The translations under genes were made by a program, and so were the position numbers. DNA of 63,889 nucleotides, the filler included, from Phoronis australis (taxonomy: Eukaryota; Animalia; Phoronida): the NCBI GenBank assembly GCA_002633005.1. It is 3 parts of 3 records of this genome, joined end to end, with 100 filler letters (N's around TTAATTAATTAA, not from the genome) between each part and the next. Parts side by side here need not be neighbours in the genome. Positions count along the whole stretch, not along the records: positions 42,201 to 63,889 come from NMRA01000023.1; 2 more parts are not named here. One strand, written 5' to 3'. Numbering within the stretch: position 1 is the stretch's first letter; the number at the start of each line of letters is the position of its first letter. Below, in pieces: positions 51,701 through 63,889 of the stretch. The notes under the pieces are model-generated. The model was not told the DNA's origin. It was given only the letters and a program-made list of their open reading frames with translations, and ran no database searches.

Positions 51701-54700
51701 ATACTTGCTTAAAATATTTCCAAATAAGTGCAAACTGATAAACAGAGTAAAAAGTTGCCTTAAAGCAACAATAGCCAAATGTCAGTGTATGCAACCATTC
51801 AAGTTAAAAAAATACAAAAAAAAACTACGAACTAGTGTTTATATCACACATACATTTAACTTCCTTCAGTCGATTTGGGAAACACATACTCTTAACAGTT
51901 TTCTTTCTTTTTGCTGGAAAGATTTGGCAGGAGGTATGCTGATTTTAAATGTTTGCATAAATGACAGGAATAACGGCAATAACCTGGTTTTCAGAAAAAA
52001 TAATTAGCTTATTTATTCGTACGGGGTCGTTGATTACGTTTTGTAATTTACAGATATTCAAATAGCAACCATAAAGTCAGTTTCAGTTTGCAATTACATG
52101 TATCTATTGGTAGCCCTTTAGGAAACGTAGAATTGGCAAACTGAGTATAATGCAAGTACATGTATTAGTGTGACTGACAATTAAAATGGGACTTGAATCC
52201 CAGTAACTCATTTTAGAGCTACTGTGGGTATGTTTAAACCCATCTAAAATCGTTTCCACAAGGATAATGTTGGCAAATTTTGGGGTGAAGTTTCATGACT
52301 CCCCTAGCTTTTATTTATGTGACATAAAAGACTGTCTGTTCTCACAAGGGGGAATGTTGGCAAATTTGGTTTGAACTTTCATGAGTATCATATCTTTTAT
52401 TTATTTTACACAGTCTGTCTGTTCCCAAGCAGTCCCCGTTATTGTTTAATTCCAGTGGTCTGTTACTTCATGTTATGTCAGTACAGTCAAACCAAGTAGT
52501 GAGCGACTATTTGTTTATTTTGTTTTCTTGATTTTGTTCTGCCATTTTTTCCACCAGAAACGTAACGGAAACCAATACACGTCCCAGAGATGGCCGAACG
52601 GTGTTATTCCGTATGTCATAGATAGCTCAATCAGTAAGTACATATACACTTGTATGTATACTTAAACCACATGCTCGAACCCGGCCTAACAGATGGGGTG
52701 CTCGAATTTTCGGGAATGTGGACATGTTACTATAAAAACGGGGTACGGTTACATGTGTGAATTGTGTATTCACTACATTTAGGTAGTTTCTGCATTTTCA
52801 GTGGACTTTTGTCGCGTTTTCTACTTTTTTGTTTCTTTGAAGCGGTCTTTTTTGCCCACTTCGGAAAATACGGGGGCTCGTCAGAGCCCCCTGAGCCCTC
52901 GTGGGTGCGCGCATGAACCAGGGCAGAGTTTTCGTAGGTGCAAGAATCTTGCTAAGAAGCTAACCCAATAACAGGCTTCGCTTGTAATTTATGACGGTAC
53001 TTCGCGAACTCCTGTGTATTCTTTTCCATTCTCGCCCCTACGGATTGCACTTCAGGTATTTGTTGTCTGGTACTTACATGTACATGTACATGTGAACTAC
53101 ACTCCTCCGTGGTGTCAATTACAATCGGTCATTACAATTAGTTGACGGCTGCTGCGATTACCAGATAGAAGTTCGTGTTCTGTGACTCACTCAGATAAAA
53201 ATACGCCGTGCAAATTCACTGTACGCACAGATGCCCATACACCAAGCTCTGTGTATCAACCCATCGTCGTACATGTACGTTGCCACGAGTTCTTTTAATG
53301 TTCCACTCTCCAGAGTGAACAAGTATAGCAGTGAATCCGGAGTTCAAGGCTCCCTTTCGTAGACGAAAGAAACTAACAGATTGAAAGATCGCGATGTAAC
53401 GTCAGTATCGTGCTTATGCGGAAAGAATTACATGTTGGGCACTACTTCTTATTCGATACTTGCTCGAACTCACTATTATGCTTAAAAACGAGGTGTTATG
53501 TCCAAACTTCAAATAGTTCAGCATATTATGAGGAAAACGTGAGCTTTCACGTTTTCGGTGTTTTAATTTATGCTAAAAAAGGCATTGTTTCCTAAGCAGC
53601 AATGCACAACAATCATTTTTGCAGTCCGTTCGTAGTGAATAATTAAGATCAATCTTGGACTAAACCGTAATGCACCCTGTTTGCTGATCTTTGCGAAGTA
53701 ATGGCTGTCCTTCACAAATGACGGTTAACCTCCGTTGCAAATCCCAAAGAGGTATAGCTTGGCGGTTTTGAGCTTAAGGTGATTCTGAACTATAACCTAC
53801 ATGTACATGTAATACTCAACACGTTTCATTTAGACCTACCGTGCGTCAGTTTGTCATGCCCCTAATGCACCAATTTACATCCTCTAGATTCTCAGGGTCG
53901 ACAGATCATTCAGCAGGCTATCAACTTTTATACATCCAATACGTGTATTAGGTGGACCCAACGAAGTAACCAGAGAGATTACGTCTTCATCCAGGCCAGA
54001 CAAAATGGGTAAATTAAAGAATTTCATTCGTGTTAAGTTTGACTTAAAGGATCCAATAAACATGCAGGTACTGGGTCAATACTGACCCTGAAATGTCTCC
54101 TGTATTGACCCAATGCTGTAGGCCAGTACAGGCCCAATAACACTTTGCACACCTGCTGAGTATAACATTTTGATATCGGGCCAGTAAAGGACAGGTACCA
54201 GACCATTACTGGCCAATACACCAACACCTGCTTTCGGCCCTATAAAGGGCCAGCATTGACAGACTGTGCTGGCCCTGTACAGGGCCATTGATGGGGTCAT
54301 ATTAAGCGAGTATACTAATTACATAGGCGAAAGTGCAGTGATGGGCCAGGACAGAGCCTATATTGAACCACTTATGTCGCCTTTGCAGGCCCAATACAGG
54401 AATGTTACTGTTTGTGGGTATAACGAAACAACAGGTACTTTGCTTTTTCAATGCTTCAGGTTTGTAATTCCTATAACGTTCGCTTTGTTGGTCATATTTA
54501 TCCTATTGCATGCGCAGATGTGACTTACAAGAAGAAAAGGCTCATGTTGTTTAATACTTTTATTACTATGAAACAGCTAAGGTAAAATAATGAATTGTAT
54601 AAAAAAACTAATAGTTTTTTACAAAACTGTCTCGGACTTGTTAGTGGACTACATGTTGGAGATTCACACAGTCTTAGAGCCCTCCCTCCCTGTCGCCAGC

Positions 54701-57700
54701 GTTTCGGAACCTGGTGCTTGTCTCTTTTACTATAAAGCTTGCATAAGCACTACTGTGCTCCTTGATCACAATCCCTGAAATAAAACAACGCTTGCTTATA
54801 ATATCACAGAGTACAAACTAACAGACTCCCCTATACATTTTGCAGATAATCTATGCATAATAAGAGGTACCTAAAGACAGTGTGTACCATTCCAACACGA
54901 AGCTTATTTGAAATGCATAATCTGCAAGATATATAAAAGTTTCATCCTTTGTTGTATTACAGCTGGTTGCAAGACTTGTAGCCCCTCGGTTGGTCGGTTT
55001 GTGGCTACAATACTTCCCATCGCTTTCTGTGCGAATTCCGTCCTTTGAATTTTAAGCGGGCGGTAGGCCAAGTCCGGTCACCGATTAAGAGTTTTCACCT
55101 CGTCAAAAATACATTCCACACTTAAAACTATGTCTTAAAAAAGCGCTTACTTTCTCCAGTGGTCCTTTCTACTTCTACACATACACTTAGTTACGAAGAT
55201 TAAGGTGACTTTGGCAAGGAATTCCAACTCCACTTCTCCGGTCACCATTAACTTTTTCACCACGCGCGCCGACAACCACTAAGTATTTCAACTGAGTCAC
55301 GTGAGTTAGGCAAAGGCTAGAACGAGACTGAGCGAAGCGCGTGAGGCTGCCGCGTGACACTTGCACAATAGCATGGGAAGGTATATAGACCGGCAGCCCA
55401 GAGCACTTAGCATAGATGAACGAGGTACCAACATCTGACCACGGGAGCATTTGTAAAGTCCACCTCAGTATGTACAGAAATGGACGTCTGCCGTTGTCTG
55501 CACTCTGGGTGTGACCCTTGAGGGTGTTCGTGAGTGAAAATTATTTGAGAAGCAAGCAATGAATAGATCACTGCGTTACCGGCTTTAGGTGCAATAAAAC
55601 TAATTGACGGACAACGAGGCCCGCGGTGTGAGCTCATGCTAATTTAGTGTTTGATGACAGAAACGTTGGTGAAACAGCTCTATTTCCATCCCTCGGCCAG
55701 GTGTTAGGGGAATCTGTATTTACATTTACATCATTCAAATAATGATTGTCAATGTACAACTTCTGCTCTGGCCAAAGCGGAACCTCAATTCGCGGCCCCC
55801 GACGAGTAAGTACTTATGAATTTTGCATTTTCGTGGATAATTCACCAGCATAATCACGTGCACATTACTTTGGCTCACTAGTATAGTATTTTCTTGACTG
55901 GAAGTTTAGTTCCAACTTTGGCTGGTTTATGTTCGTGATGTCTGATCAGTTTCCGAGCCACTGGCCGGGATAATAAGTCAATCCGGCCGGCCGCGACGGG
56001 CCTGATAGAGCTCCGAGCCATTGGCCAGGATAAAAAGTGTTCTGTGTGTTTAGAACTCAAAAATTCACAAGTCTAAACAACACAGACTAGGTTCTCCTGT
56101 CTGTATCTCACGGAAAATTATTCGAATTTATCTCCGAACAGACCCCAAACTTCTGCTACGGATCTTATTGGCCTTCCGAACTATGTAGGCTACGGTGTGT
56201 TCAAACACCAATAAATCCGTAACAGCAAAATAAAACATCACGTTTTTATAAGAACTCGGTGTACTTTTAAGGGTTTTACGTTGAAGTTTGATGATTTGTT
56301 GGTGTTAAACGATGAATTCAAGCGATAAGCTGACACCAGTAACCCGTGTTGTGAACTGCTGAACAGACAGCGTGTGAAACCAATTACGTCAATGGATAAT
56401 TTCAACACCTCCGTCTGCCGTCGGTTGTCAGGTAACCGTCGCAAACGTGCGTGTCGTTATGAAGTAGAACTACTCGATCTAAATTGATACAAATTAGGTT
56501 ATTTTTGGGTGGCTTGCTCCTTTAATATGTCTATGTTTGTAAGATTTGAGTCACGTATCTTCCTCAAAAACGCGCCCGGTAAGAGAAACTCTAGTAAACC
56601 ACAACAGATTTTTATTGATTTGTTCGAATTATCTTGACTGAATTGTCTGCAGACTTATGGTATACGTTAATTATCAGTCCATGTGCATACATGTATATGC
56701 ATGTTTCATTTGATTTTACTTGATGTATATTGAAATTCGTAACTTTTTGTGGGAATGTATGTAGGTCCATTATAATGCTTTCAAGTTGCTTTTGCCTCCT
56801 ACTTCTCTATGAGACAAACCGTTATGAACATTAGGATCATGTGTTCCTGCTGTAAAGCTCCGCCTATTGTGGCGATAGAACATGAGCAAATGACAAATGC
56901 CAATGAACGTGAAGTTAAAGTGTTCGCCACGTTTGTGCCTAAATATCTTGGGATTTCTGTAGAAGCACCTTTCCTTTATATGTAGTTTCAATTTTCAACA
57001 AATAGATCTGTCAGCTGCTAGCCACTTCGTCGATTTTGCTCTCTCACGGTAAAGCAGTCTCTTTATTTGATATGGCAAGACATAGACGTAACACATTTCC
57101 CTTACTATGGAAAATGTGACCTTTGATCTTTGATGTAAACAAACCAATGGTGATTTCAAGCTGCAGCAAATCCGATTTCTTTTTGTGCATATGTTGGAAG
57201 TTGAAAGGTGTTTCTATTCATTAGAACGTTGTTGACTTGCACTCCTGTGAGGATATTCCAAGATCTCTGTCGCTGCTTAAAACAATGAACATCTGTTTGC
57301 AATGCATACATTGGGCCTATATCAACGCTCCGCGTTGCACATGCTGGGTTTGCAAAGTATTGACAGCTCGTTAGATTGCTTGGTGCACAAAATGTTGCGC
57401 CGTGAAAAAGCAACCTGTAAAGCCTAGTTTCAAGCAACAACGAAATATCGCTTCTTTCGAAGTCCTGATACCTGTAATACCTGTCACGGACAGGATCATT
57501 GGGGATATGCTGGTGCATTAATCCAGACTCGAAGTCCTGATATAACCCCATGTACTAATTAGAAACATGTCCAAATTTCGCTAAGTTCGGAACATCATAC
57601 AAATTTCTCGTTTAGCATTCTCATCCACTGTGATTTAAGCACTATTCTAAAAAACGATGCCACGGTGTTGTTTTAAAATGTTCCACATTTGCACTAGGGA

Positions 57701-59736
57701 TGTCACTAATAGAGTTTTTATGATTTCCACGAACAAAATCTAAAGACGTATTAAACGAACACTAAATGATATTTTAGAGAATTGTACTAGCGTTTCTGAG
57801 ATCTCATTTGGGATATTTATATCAAATAAAAGTAGAGCATAATATTGGTATCTTAATTTTGCTAAAACTATTACCATTCTTTTCCCAGAAATCTTATGAA
57901 AAGTCATGTTCACGTGACTCAATTGATACATAACCAAAAACTTTTGCAGATTTTCTATTTTCAGAACGCATGTACTTTAACGGAGTTAAAATCTATAGCC
58001 TTGTAGAAATTGGGGGTAAATACACAGAAATGTCAATAACCCTGAGGAATAATTTTAGGCTATTTTCATAATTGTGAGTGGGCTAAATCAAAAGTTGTAT
58101 TTGTGATGGAGGCAGTTTTATTGGTGCTTGAAATATCACGATTTTCTATGGAAAACAATTTCCCATTACATTTGGCTGAGAGGAACATTTTTGTTTTAAG
58201 GTGTACCTCAGTTGCAAGGAAAATGTTTCTAATAATCGCAACGTGTTTTTTATTTAACTATGTTATTGGATTATTATTTCTGTTTCTATACCTAAATATG
58301 CTCTGCTGTTTTGTATGCAATTATCAATTGTTACTAATTTTGTTGTTCGGTATTGCACTGTGTCAGTGAGGTTACCCCATGACTAGCAGTTTATGGATGT
58401 GAACTGACTTTAAATGAACTAAATAACTTAAACTGAAAACTGACTTTTAAGTTTTGCATTTCAGGTGTTTCAGCATGGTTGGGAAGGTGGGCCGTAATCA
58501 GTTGTTGAATCTTGGCCCAGGGTGCATGAATTCGTTCGGTACCGTCCTGCATGAGATGATGCATGCAATCGGCTTCTACCACGAGCAAGCGCGAGAGGAC
58601 AGAGACCAGTATGTTACGATTCACTGGAACAACATCGATCAAAGTAAGTCGCAAGCCATAAAACACTTCTTAACAGACATCCTCGACGGGAAAAGCAGTT
58701 TTACAGAAATTTGCAGTAGTGCAGAACCGAACGCACTTGAACCCGACCACTCTGCCCCTGAACCACACACATTAAATACCTAACAAATCGTGTTCAAAAG
58801 GTGGACGCCGGCTTTGATTTCAGCTACTGTCTGGAAGACAAAGGCGAGAACTGACGATTTGTCACAACATGACAAAAATAAACGATGTTGTTGTTTCACA
58901 GCTAAACTAAAAAAATCTAATGGTAAAATTTGTAAAATTGGCAGGACTCGTGAGACACTAGTAAACTGGTTCAAACTAAGGTAAGGGTAACTTTAATGAG
59001 GTAAAGAATAACCCAGTCAGCATAACTGATGTTTGATCTGTCATCATGCATTTTTCAAAGAAACCGTCTTTTATTTTAGATAAACGAAGCCAATTTGACA
59101 TTCAAAGAGGAACTCTGACATTCGGAACCCGTTATGACATAAGCAGTGTTATGCACTACGATGCAAAAGCATTCAGCAGAAACGGCCAATATACGATTAC
59201 GCCGAAATCGGGCAGTGTTTCTCAGTTAGGAAACAGGAAAAGCCTGACCTCCAATGACCTATACAAGATCAAAGCCATGTACAAATGCAGCGGTGGAACT
59301 GGAACTGGGACTGGTACCGGAACCGGAACTGGGACGAATTCAGGTTCGAGTTTACGTTAAACTTCGGTTGTCACTGTTTCTTTTTCACGCAGGTGATTTT
59401 TTCATAACTGAAATGAAACAAATCTGTTCGAGGCACATTTTTCTTACTGTGAAATAAACACATCCTTATTGGAAATGTTTTTTCGTTTCAGGACAACGTC
59501 TCGGCTGTTACAGCGGGATCCAGGGACGTTCTTATAGCTTCTCAAACTTAACCCCAACTGTTTGCGTACAGTACTGTCGTAACTACTTATACGCCGCGGT
59601 CAAGAATAATTATATTTGCACGTGTACCAACAGTCTGGCCACCAGAGTCTCCGACAGCCAGTGCAACTATCGGTGTAGGGGCAACTCCAACATTTTATGC
59701 GGCGGCTATTACACGCATGCTGTCTACAAATCCTAG
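45641..59736 (+). CDS. Secreted astacin-family (M12A) zinc metalloprotease with a C-terminal WSC domain, complete, 9 coding exons
   Basis: Exons 45641-45715, 46998-47016, 47252-47272, 47802-47833, 52558-52633, 53888-54008, 58465-58643, 59080-59343 and 59492-59736 join in phase. Signal peptide MSVWVILSLLCVVSTLG, propeptide LYQGDI, KR|NG, RWPNGVIPY, HEMMHAIGFYHEQAREDRD, Met-turn SVMHY, (GT)n linker, 8-Cys WSC-pattern domain. Confidence 0.93.
46998..47016 (+). CDS. Astacin propeptide microexon (19 nt, VVDADK)
   Basis: ttttacag acceptor and gtgagt donor, phase 0/1. Confidence 0.7.
47252..47272 (+). CDS. Astacin propeptide microexon (21 nt, DVGEYNP)
   Basis: cttttcag acceptor and gtaaat donor, phase 1/1. 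Confidence 0.72.
47553..47643. repeat. (TA)n/(TATG)n microsatellite
   Basis: Directly visible. Confidence 0.95.
47802..47833 (+). CDS. Astacin propeptide microexon (32 nt, DLYQGDILLPK, aspartate switch)
   Basis: cttgtag acceptor and gtatgt donor, F/YxGDI motif. Confidence 0.85.
48167..49374. mobile_element. Non-autonomous DNA transposon with an internal tandem array; second copy begins at about 63558
   Basis: Termini (C)TTAGGCGGATTTAGGG … CCTAGATCCGCCACTG. About 48170-48598 is highly similar, with deletions, to 63560-63889. Confidence 0.75.
48826..49198 (+). repeat. About 120-bp x3 tandem repeat of tRNA-like (Pol III A/B box) units
   Basis: Each unit has TGGTGTAGTGG, a D-stem GTGT/GCAC, GAGTTCGAGT and T-runs. 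Units start at 48826, 48947 and 49067. Confidence 0.85.
52558..52633 (+). CDS. Astacin exon (KRNGNQYTSQRWPNGVIPYVIDSSI)
   Basis: Mature N-terminus motif W…VIPY, donor gtaagt. Confidence 0.9.
53888..54008 (+). CDS. Astacin exon (…IQQAINFYTSNTCIRWTQRSNQRDYVFI…)
   Basis: Astacin TCI.F/W motif, phase 1/2. Confidence 0.9.
58465..58643 (+). CDS. Astacin catalytic exon (HExxHxxGFxHExxRxDRD)
   Basis: Complete astacin zinc-binding signature. Confidence 0.97.
59080..59343 (+). CDS. Astacin exon with the Met-turn (YDISSVMHY) and a Gly-Thr linker
   Basis: SxMHY, G.RKSLTSND..KI..MY.C, then GGTGTGTGTGTGTGTNS. Confidence 0.95.
59492..59736 (+). CDS. Terminal exon encoding a WSC domain
   Basis: LGCY…LTPTVCVQYC…YLYAAV…CTC…CNYRCRGNSNILCGG…VY then TAG. 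Matches the WSC cysteine pattern. Confidence 0.85.
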
Positions 59737-59777
59737 TGTTTTTTGAGTATTGATGTAATGTATTACTGTGCACCTTC

Positions 59778-59783
59778 AATAAA
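59778..59783 (+). promoter_or_regulatory. Polyadenylation signal of the astacin-WSC gene
   Basis: AATAAA about 40 nt after the stop codon. Confidence 0.6.
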
Positions 59784-60249
59784 GAAGCTGGAAGGTTATA
59801 AACCCGTGCTCTACAAGGGCAGCACTTGATTGACGTCATCGTTTCCGCATGGTCAACCGGCTCAAGACGTCATAGTGGAGGACCATTCAAAGCCTCAGCA
59901 GGTTGACCCGGCGGAATTGGCGAAGGCAACCGAGTGCTGCCAATAGAATACATGAACACTGGACGATGTCGACTCACAAAACTGCAACTTTGTATGTTAT
60001 ACTAGAACCCGTTTCAAACGGATACTTTAGAGTACTAACGCCGTTGAAGGAACTGTGACCAAACCAGATACAGGTGGTCCACCAGTCAAAAATTACGGAC
60101 GGCGTTTAGAGTTAGAATCTGTCACTCAATAACTGAATTGTAATGAAGTGCTATTGTTGAAACTCCAATCAATTGTTAAATTCCTTTGGCACCAACTTCC
60201 AACTTCAGTTTTTTTAATGCGCAAGAAATTCGAGTTCGCTTAGTACGTC

Positions 60250-60432
60250 TTAATTGACCTATCGCAAGCTCCGCCCTTTTGTGAAATGGTGACAAACAAA
60301 CAATAAATTTTAACCGGCAACGTCTTGCTTGTCGGGTAAAATGGCGGCTTGGAAACGAAAGTTTGTCAAGAATGCTGCGTTCTGATTGATCCGTTAAGCC
60401 GTCATTAAAAATCCTGGCGATAGGTCAATTAA
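60250..60432. mobile_element. MITE with perfect 16-bp inverted termini
   Basis: TTAATTGACCTATCGC … GCGATAGGTCAATTAA. Confidence 0.75.
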
Positions 60433-62221
60433 CGTAAAGCTCGACCGAAGACAAGGATCCACAAACAAAATGCATTTTTAAAAAGCGGAAACAAAACCAA
60501 CAACATTGAATCAGTAGAGGGAAATACGGCCATGTAATAATGTTTTCCATATTCACCTTCCGCACTACTTTAACAGCGACCTTTGACATGGAAAGTTCAA
60601 AAAGTAGGTCAATGTCGACTCGACGTCCATAGCCGGTTCGATCATCAAACTTTCAGAAAATAGTTAAAAGTAATGCATTTGCAACAGTGTGAGTAACGCT
60701 CAACATGCAACCGGGTCTCAATCGTAACATCTGGAACAGGACTGTTAATTATATGACAGTTCTGTCTCAGTTTTCATTTGCTAAAATTATATCGTCTGCA
60801 ACTCAGGCGCCTATTCCGCGGTAACTACAATGTCAAATATTGTTGTTAATTAACTATTTTGAGGAGATGTTACAAGTTCAGTGCTAAGTTGCTGTTGTTT
60901 TTTCTCTGTCATCTCTTTTCAAGTAGTAAATCGTTACATTTAAAATTGTTTCTTTTACTGGAGAAAACTTGCAACCTAACGGCGGAAGTACATTGACCGC
61001 CACGTGAACAGTCTCAGAGAAGTATTTAGAAAATCTGCGGAAAAATGAAAGAAACTTACGCATTCGAAGCGTATGGGATAAATACAAACATTCATACATA
61101 TAAATTCATACGTATGTCCATTACAACAAATATAATCTACTTGTTGGTCACATTTCTAGTAAACAACATATCCGCCAGACCGCCGGGAGATCGAAATCAT
61201 AACTTCTATGGTCGAATGACGGCTAATAACAAGACGTCGGGAACAGTACTGTGGCCGAAATCATGACGCCAACATGCGACGCCGAGAAATGGTCAGTGGT
61301 TTAGAAGAAACCATACAAGCACTACGGACCGTCTTCTAACCTGTCTGGACAATATTATTTCATTTTGTTTGTCCTTGACACGTTGAGTAGTGTTAACCGT
61401 TTCTACTGAGATAGGTACATGTAAACCTCAGAAGAATCCAAATCATCGGAAGGCGATTGCAGATGGTAATGGGTCATCTTATGCAAGAAATATGTTCCGA
61501 GGTTGTTCTTGATTGAAAGTGAGACAGCAATTGCAAATCACGTGTTTCATATTGCTAATAAATGTGATCAGTTCACAAGAATATTGTGGAATACGTTTTT
61601 CTATCATGTGTAACGCAGCAGACTACTAATTTATTGAATTCATTGGTGGCGCAAGTTTCTGATCTATACTCCTTTCTAAGTATTTAAGATTATGCCAGAT
61701 CCTAGAAAAAATATCCATATTTGCACAACTTTGGAACATCATATCTCGGAAATGGCTGATCTCATCTGATCTATACGAAACGTGCAGATAAATTGTTTTT
61801 GTAATATCGATGACTTGCTGTCAACGGACTTTTCTTTTTGTTAACTTTTAATAAAAAGGCATGGTCAAATGACCCACTAAGTAACATTTGATAAAAACCT
61901 AATTATCAAATTTTCCAAAGATTTTTGATTCACAAAATATATACTGTTACTCCGATTGGAAATCCGTAGTTTTGCAAATGTGGTTAAATACGTAAACTTG
62001 CCATTAAGGTCCTACATAACCTTGAATTATTTTTTGCAGAAAAATGTCCTAAAGTGAATGTTGGAAACTGTCATGTTTTCCGGTTTCATACTGGTGATTT
62101 ACTCATAGCATTAAATACGCGTGAGATTTCTACCAAATAAACTGGATGGTGAACACTCAAGTCATTATGCCAAGAGACACTGAGAAAGTCTGGCAGATGT
62201 GGGAAAAGGTCACGGATTTTT

Positions 62222-63540
62222 TTGACATATAACTTAATTGTACGCTTAGAGAAATTAGTAATTCAAATGAAAATGTCTGAATCATACCCTATTCCGAAAG
62301 AGGCGCTGCCATCTGTGCTAATATCACATTCTGTGTCTGGTTTGTTGTCAAGTGACGTCAGACTTGGTCTAAAGCATTTTGTGGAACACAATAGTGGGAA
62401 ATCATTTGACGAGCTACTGATTCGCGCCCGTCGTTTAGACACTGAGTTCAGCAGAAAATTGCAGTCACATCACTCTCTTGATAGTGGCGATAAAACCGAT
62501 AAAATGGTCACTATGATTGATGCTTTGGATAAAAGAATAGAGAAACTCAACGGTAGTTTCACTCGAAGTAGGTCCAATGTTTTTAACGCGAACTCTAGGT
62601 TCCTCGGACAACACTACGGTAATGTGAACCGGCAACGTTTAGAACAAATGGGTATTGACCAGCCTACTGATGTGCGGGCCGACAACTCTTTACCCAGATT
62701 TGACGGCGTTTGTTTCCGGAACCATGAATACGGTCATAGGGCTGCCAATTGCACGGTTGCTTTAAACTTCAATCGGTCGTTGACAGGGGGGCTTCCGACC
62801 GATCGCATGGAAAACCTCCCTCAGTAGGCTTAGCATGGGAGTTCTTTGAAAAGGAATTAATGATTGCAAATGTGAGATGTATATGTTTGCTCGATACAGG
62901 TTCCCGAGTAAGTACCATCTCTGAGCGTTTGTGTCAGCATATTAGTTTGTCTGTGGTGCCTATTTCAGACATTTCTGGACCTTTGCGTGTTGAGTGGCTA
63001 ACGGAGACGTTTTGCTGTACAAGGGTTACGTTAGTGTTACTGTTGGAGTACCCGATACCGATGAGTCAAGTAATGTTTTGTTTTTGGTTGTTCCAAACAT
63101 TTCTTATAAATTCTGTGTTCATGTTATAGTGGGTACTAATGCTTTGGTTGTTTTGATCGATCTCGTTTATAATGACGATCGCTCGGACTGGTTGCTGTTG
63201 TTGAAAAATGTCATGTTTAATCGTGAAACCTCTCTTCCAGGCGTACTTAAGACTGGCAAACCTGTTACCATTCGTCTGGGATGTCCCAATTAGTTGATGC
63301 TTGCATTTGTGCCAACCCATGTACATTGTACATCTTGTAGTTTGCAGGTTGGCACCGAAAAGTGTTGTTCACTGTCATTTCCTGGTAACTTGCAGGTATG
63401 GCCCGCATTGCATGAGATTTGCCCTGAGGATCATACGATTCCTGTTCGAGTCACGAATGTGCGTTGTAAGTTTGTTACGGTTCCAGCTGGTTCAAGCATC
63501 TGCAGCTTGGTACCGGTGGATCAGATGGCAGGTTAGAATT
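62222..63540 (+). pseudogene. Gypsy-like LTR retrotransposon gag-protease remnant
   Basis: Gag ORF with a degenerate zinc knuckle CFRNHEYGHRAANC. An overlapping -1 ORF carries the aspartyl protease motif CLLDTGSRVSTIS. Downstream are frameshifts and stops, then interruption by a MITE at about 63558. Confidence 0.85.
62761..62821 (+). promoter_or_regulatory. -1 programmed ribosomal frameshift signal (T TTA AAC plus predicted H-type pseudoknot)
   Basis: The heptamer is in the correct gag phase. Stem ATCGGTCG/CGACCGAT; loop AGGGGGG can pair with CCTCCCT. The protease ORF is in the -1 frame. Confidence 0.75.
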
Positions 63541-63557
63541 CTGGTGAGTTCATAATT

Positions 63558-63889
63558 CATAGGCGGATTTAGGGCGGGGGCTGCCGCAAAAATATAACAG
63601 TAAGAGCGTAGGGAAATGGTGAGTTTATTAATTAACCCCGGTAATTAAAATTATACTGATGAAAAAAGATTTAAATGTGTATGGATTTAGTGTTGGGGGG
63701 GAGGGCTCAAATCCAATTTCAAGTGTCAAATTCGGAACACGGCACATTCCGTTTCCGTCGTCTGCTCCACTGTGCAATGAAGAAAATTTACTTCATTTTT
63801 AAAGAAAATGGAATCTGAGTGACGATGAAAAAACAGAAGCTGCTGGCAAGATGTGAATTTTAATCGAAGCCTTAGTGAATCACTCAGAA
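63558..63889. mobile_element. Second copy (left part) of the 48167-49374 DNA transposon family
   Basis: CATAGGCGGATTTAGGG terminus and a body similar to 48170-48598. Confidence 0.75.

Overview
AT-rich, intron-rich animal genomic DNA, probably a heterozygous draft assembly of a marine invertebrate (inferred from the TE content and gene structure). It has N-gaps, two artificial TTAATTAATTAA contig linkers and four single-N joins with duplicated flanks. Three spliced genes can be rebuilt by hand from GT-AG sites. (1) + strand, 1128-9852: the 3' part of a type I membrane protein with a possibly SEA-like juxtamembrane domain, one TM helix and a cytoplasmic tail combining CD34-like and podocalyxin-like motifs, ending in the PDZ ligand DTRL. 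(2) - strand, 26846-12709: an ISWI/SMARCA5 chromatin-remodelling ATPase with 13 clear exons. Its HAND-SANT-SLIDE half is missing beyond a linker gap, and four of its 5' splice sites are amplified into tandem arrays. (3) + strand, 45641-59736: a complete secreted astacin metalloprotease with a microexon-encoded propeptide, a Gly-Thr linker and a C-terminal WSC domain. The rest is a degenerate HERO-like RLE non-LTR element, two Gypsy remnants (one with an intact-looking UUUAAC-type -1 frameshift signal plus pseudoknot), MITEs (one carrying a tandem array of tRNA-like units), minisatellites and possible orphan exons at 40.7-43.6 kb. All calls come from reading the sequence; no database search was run.
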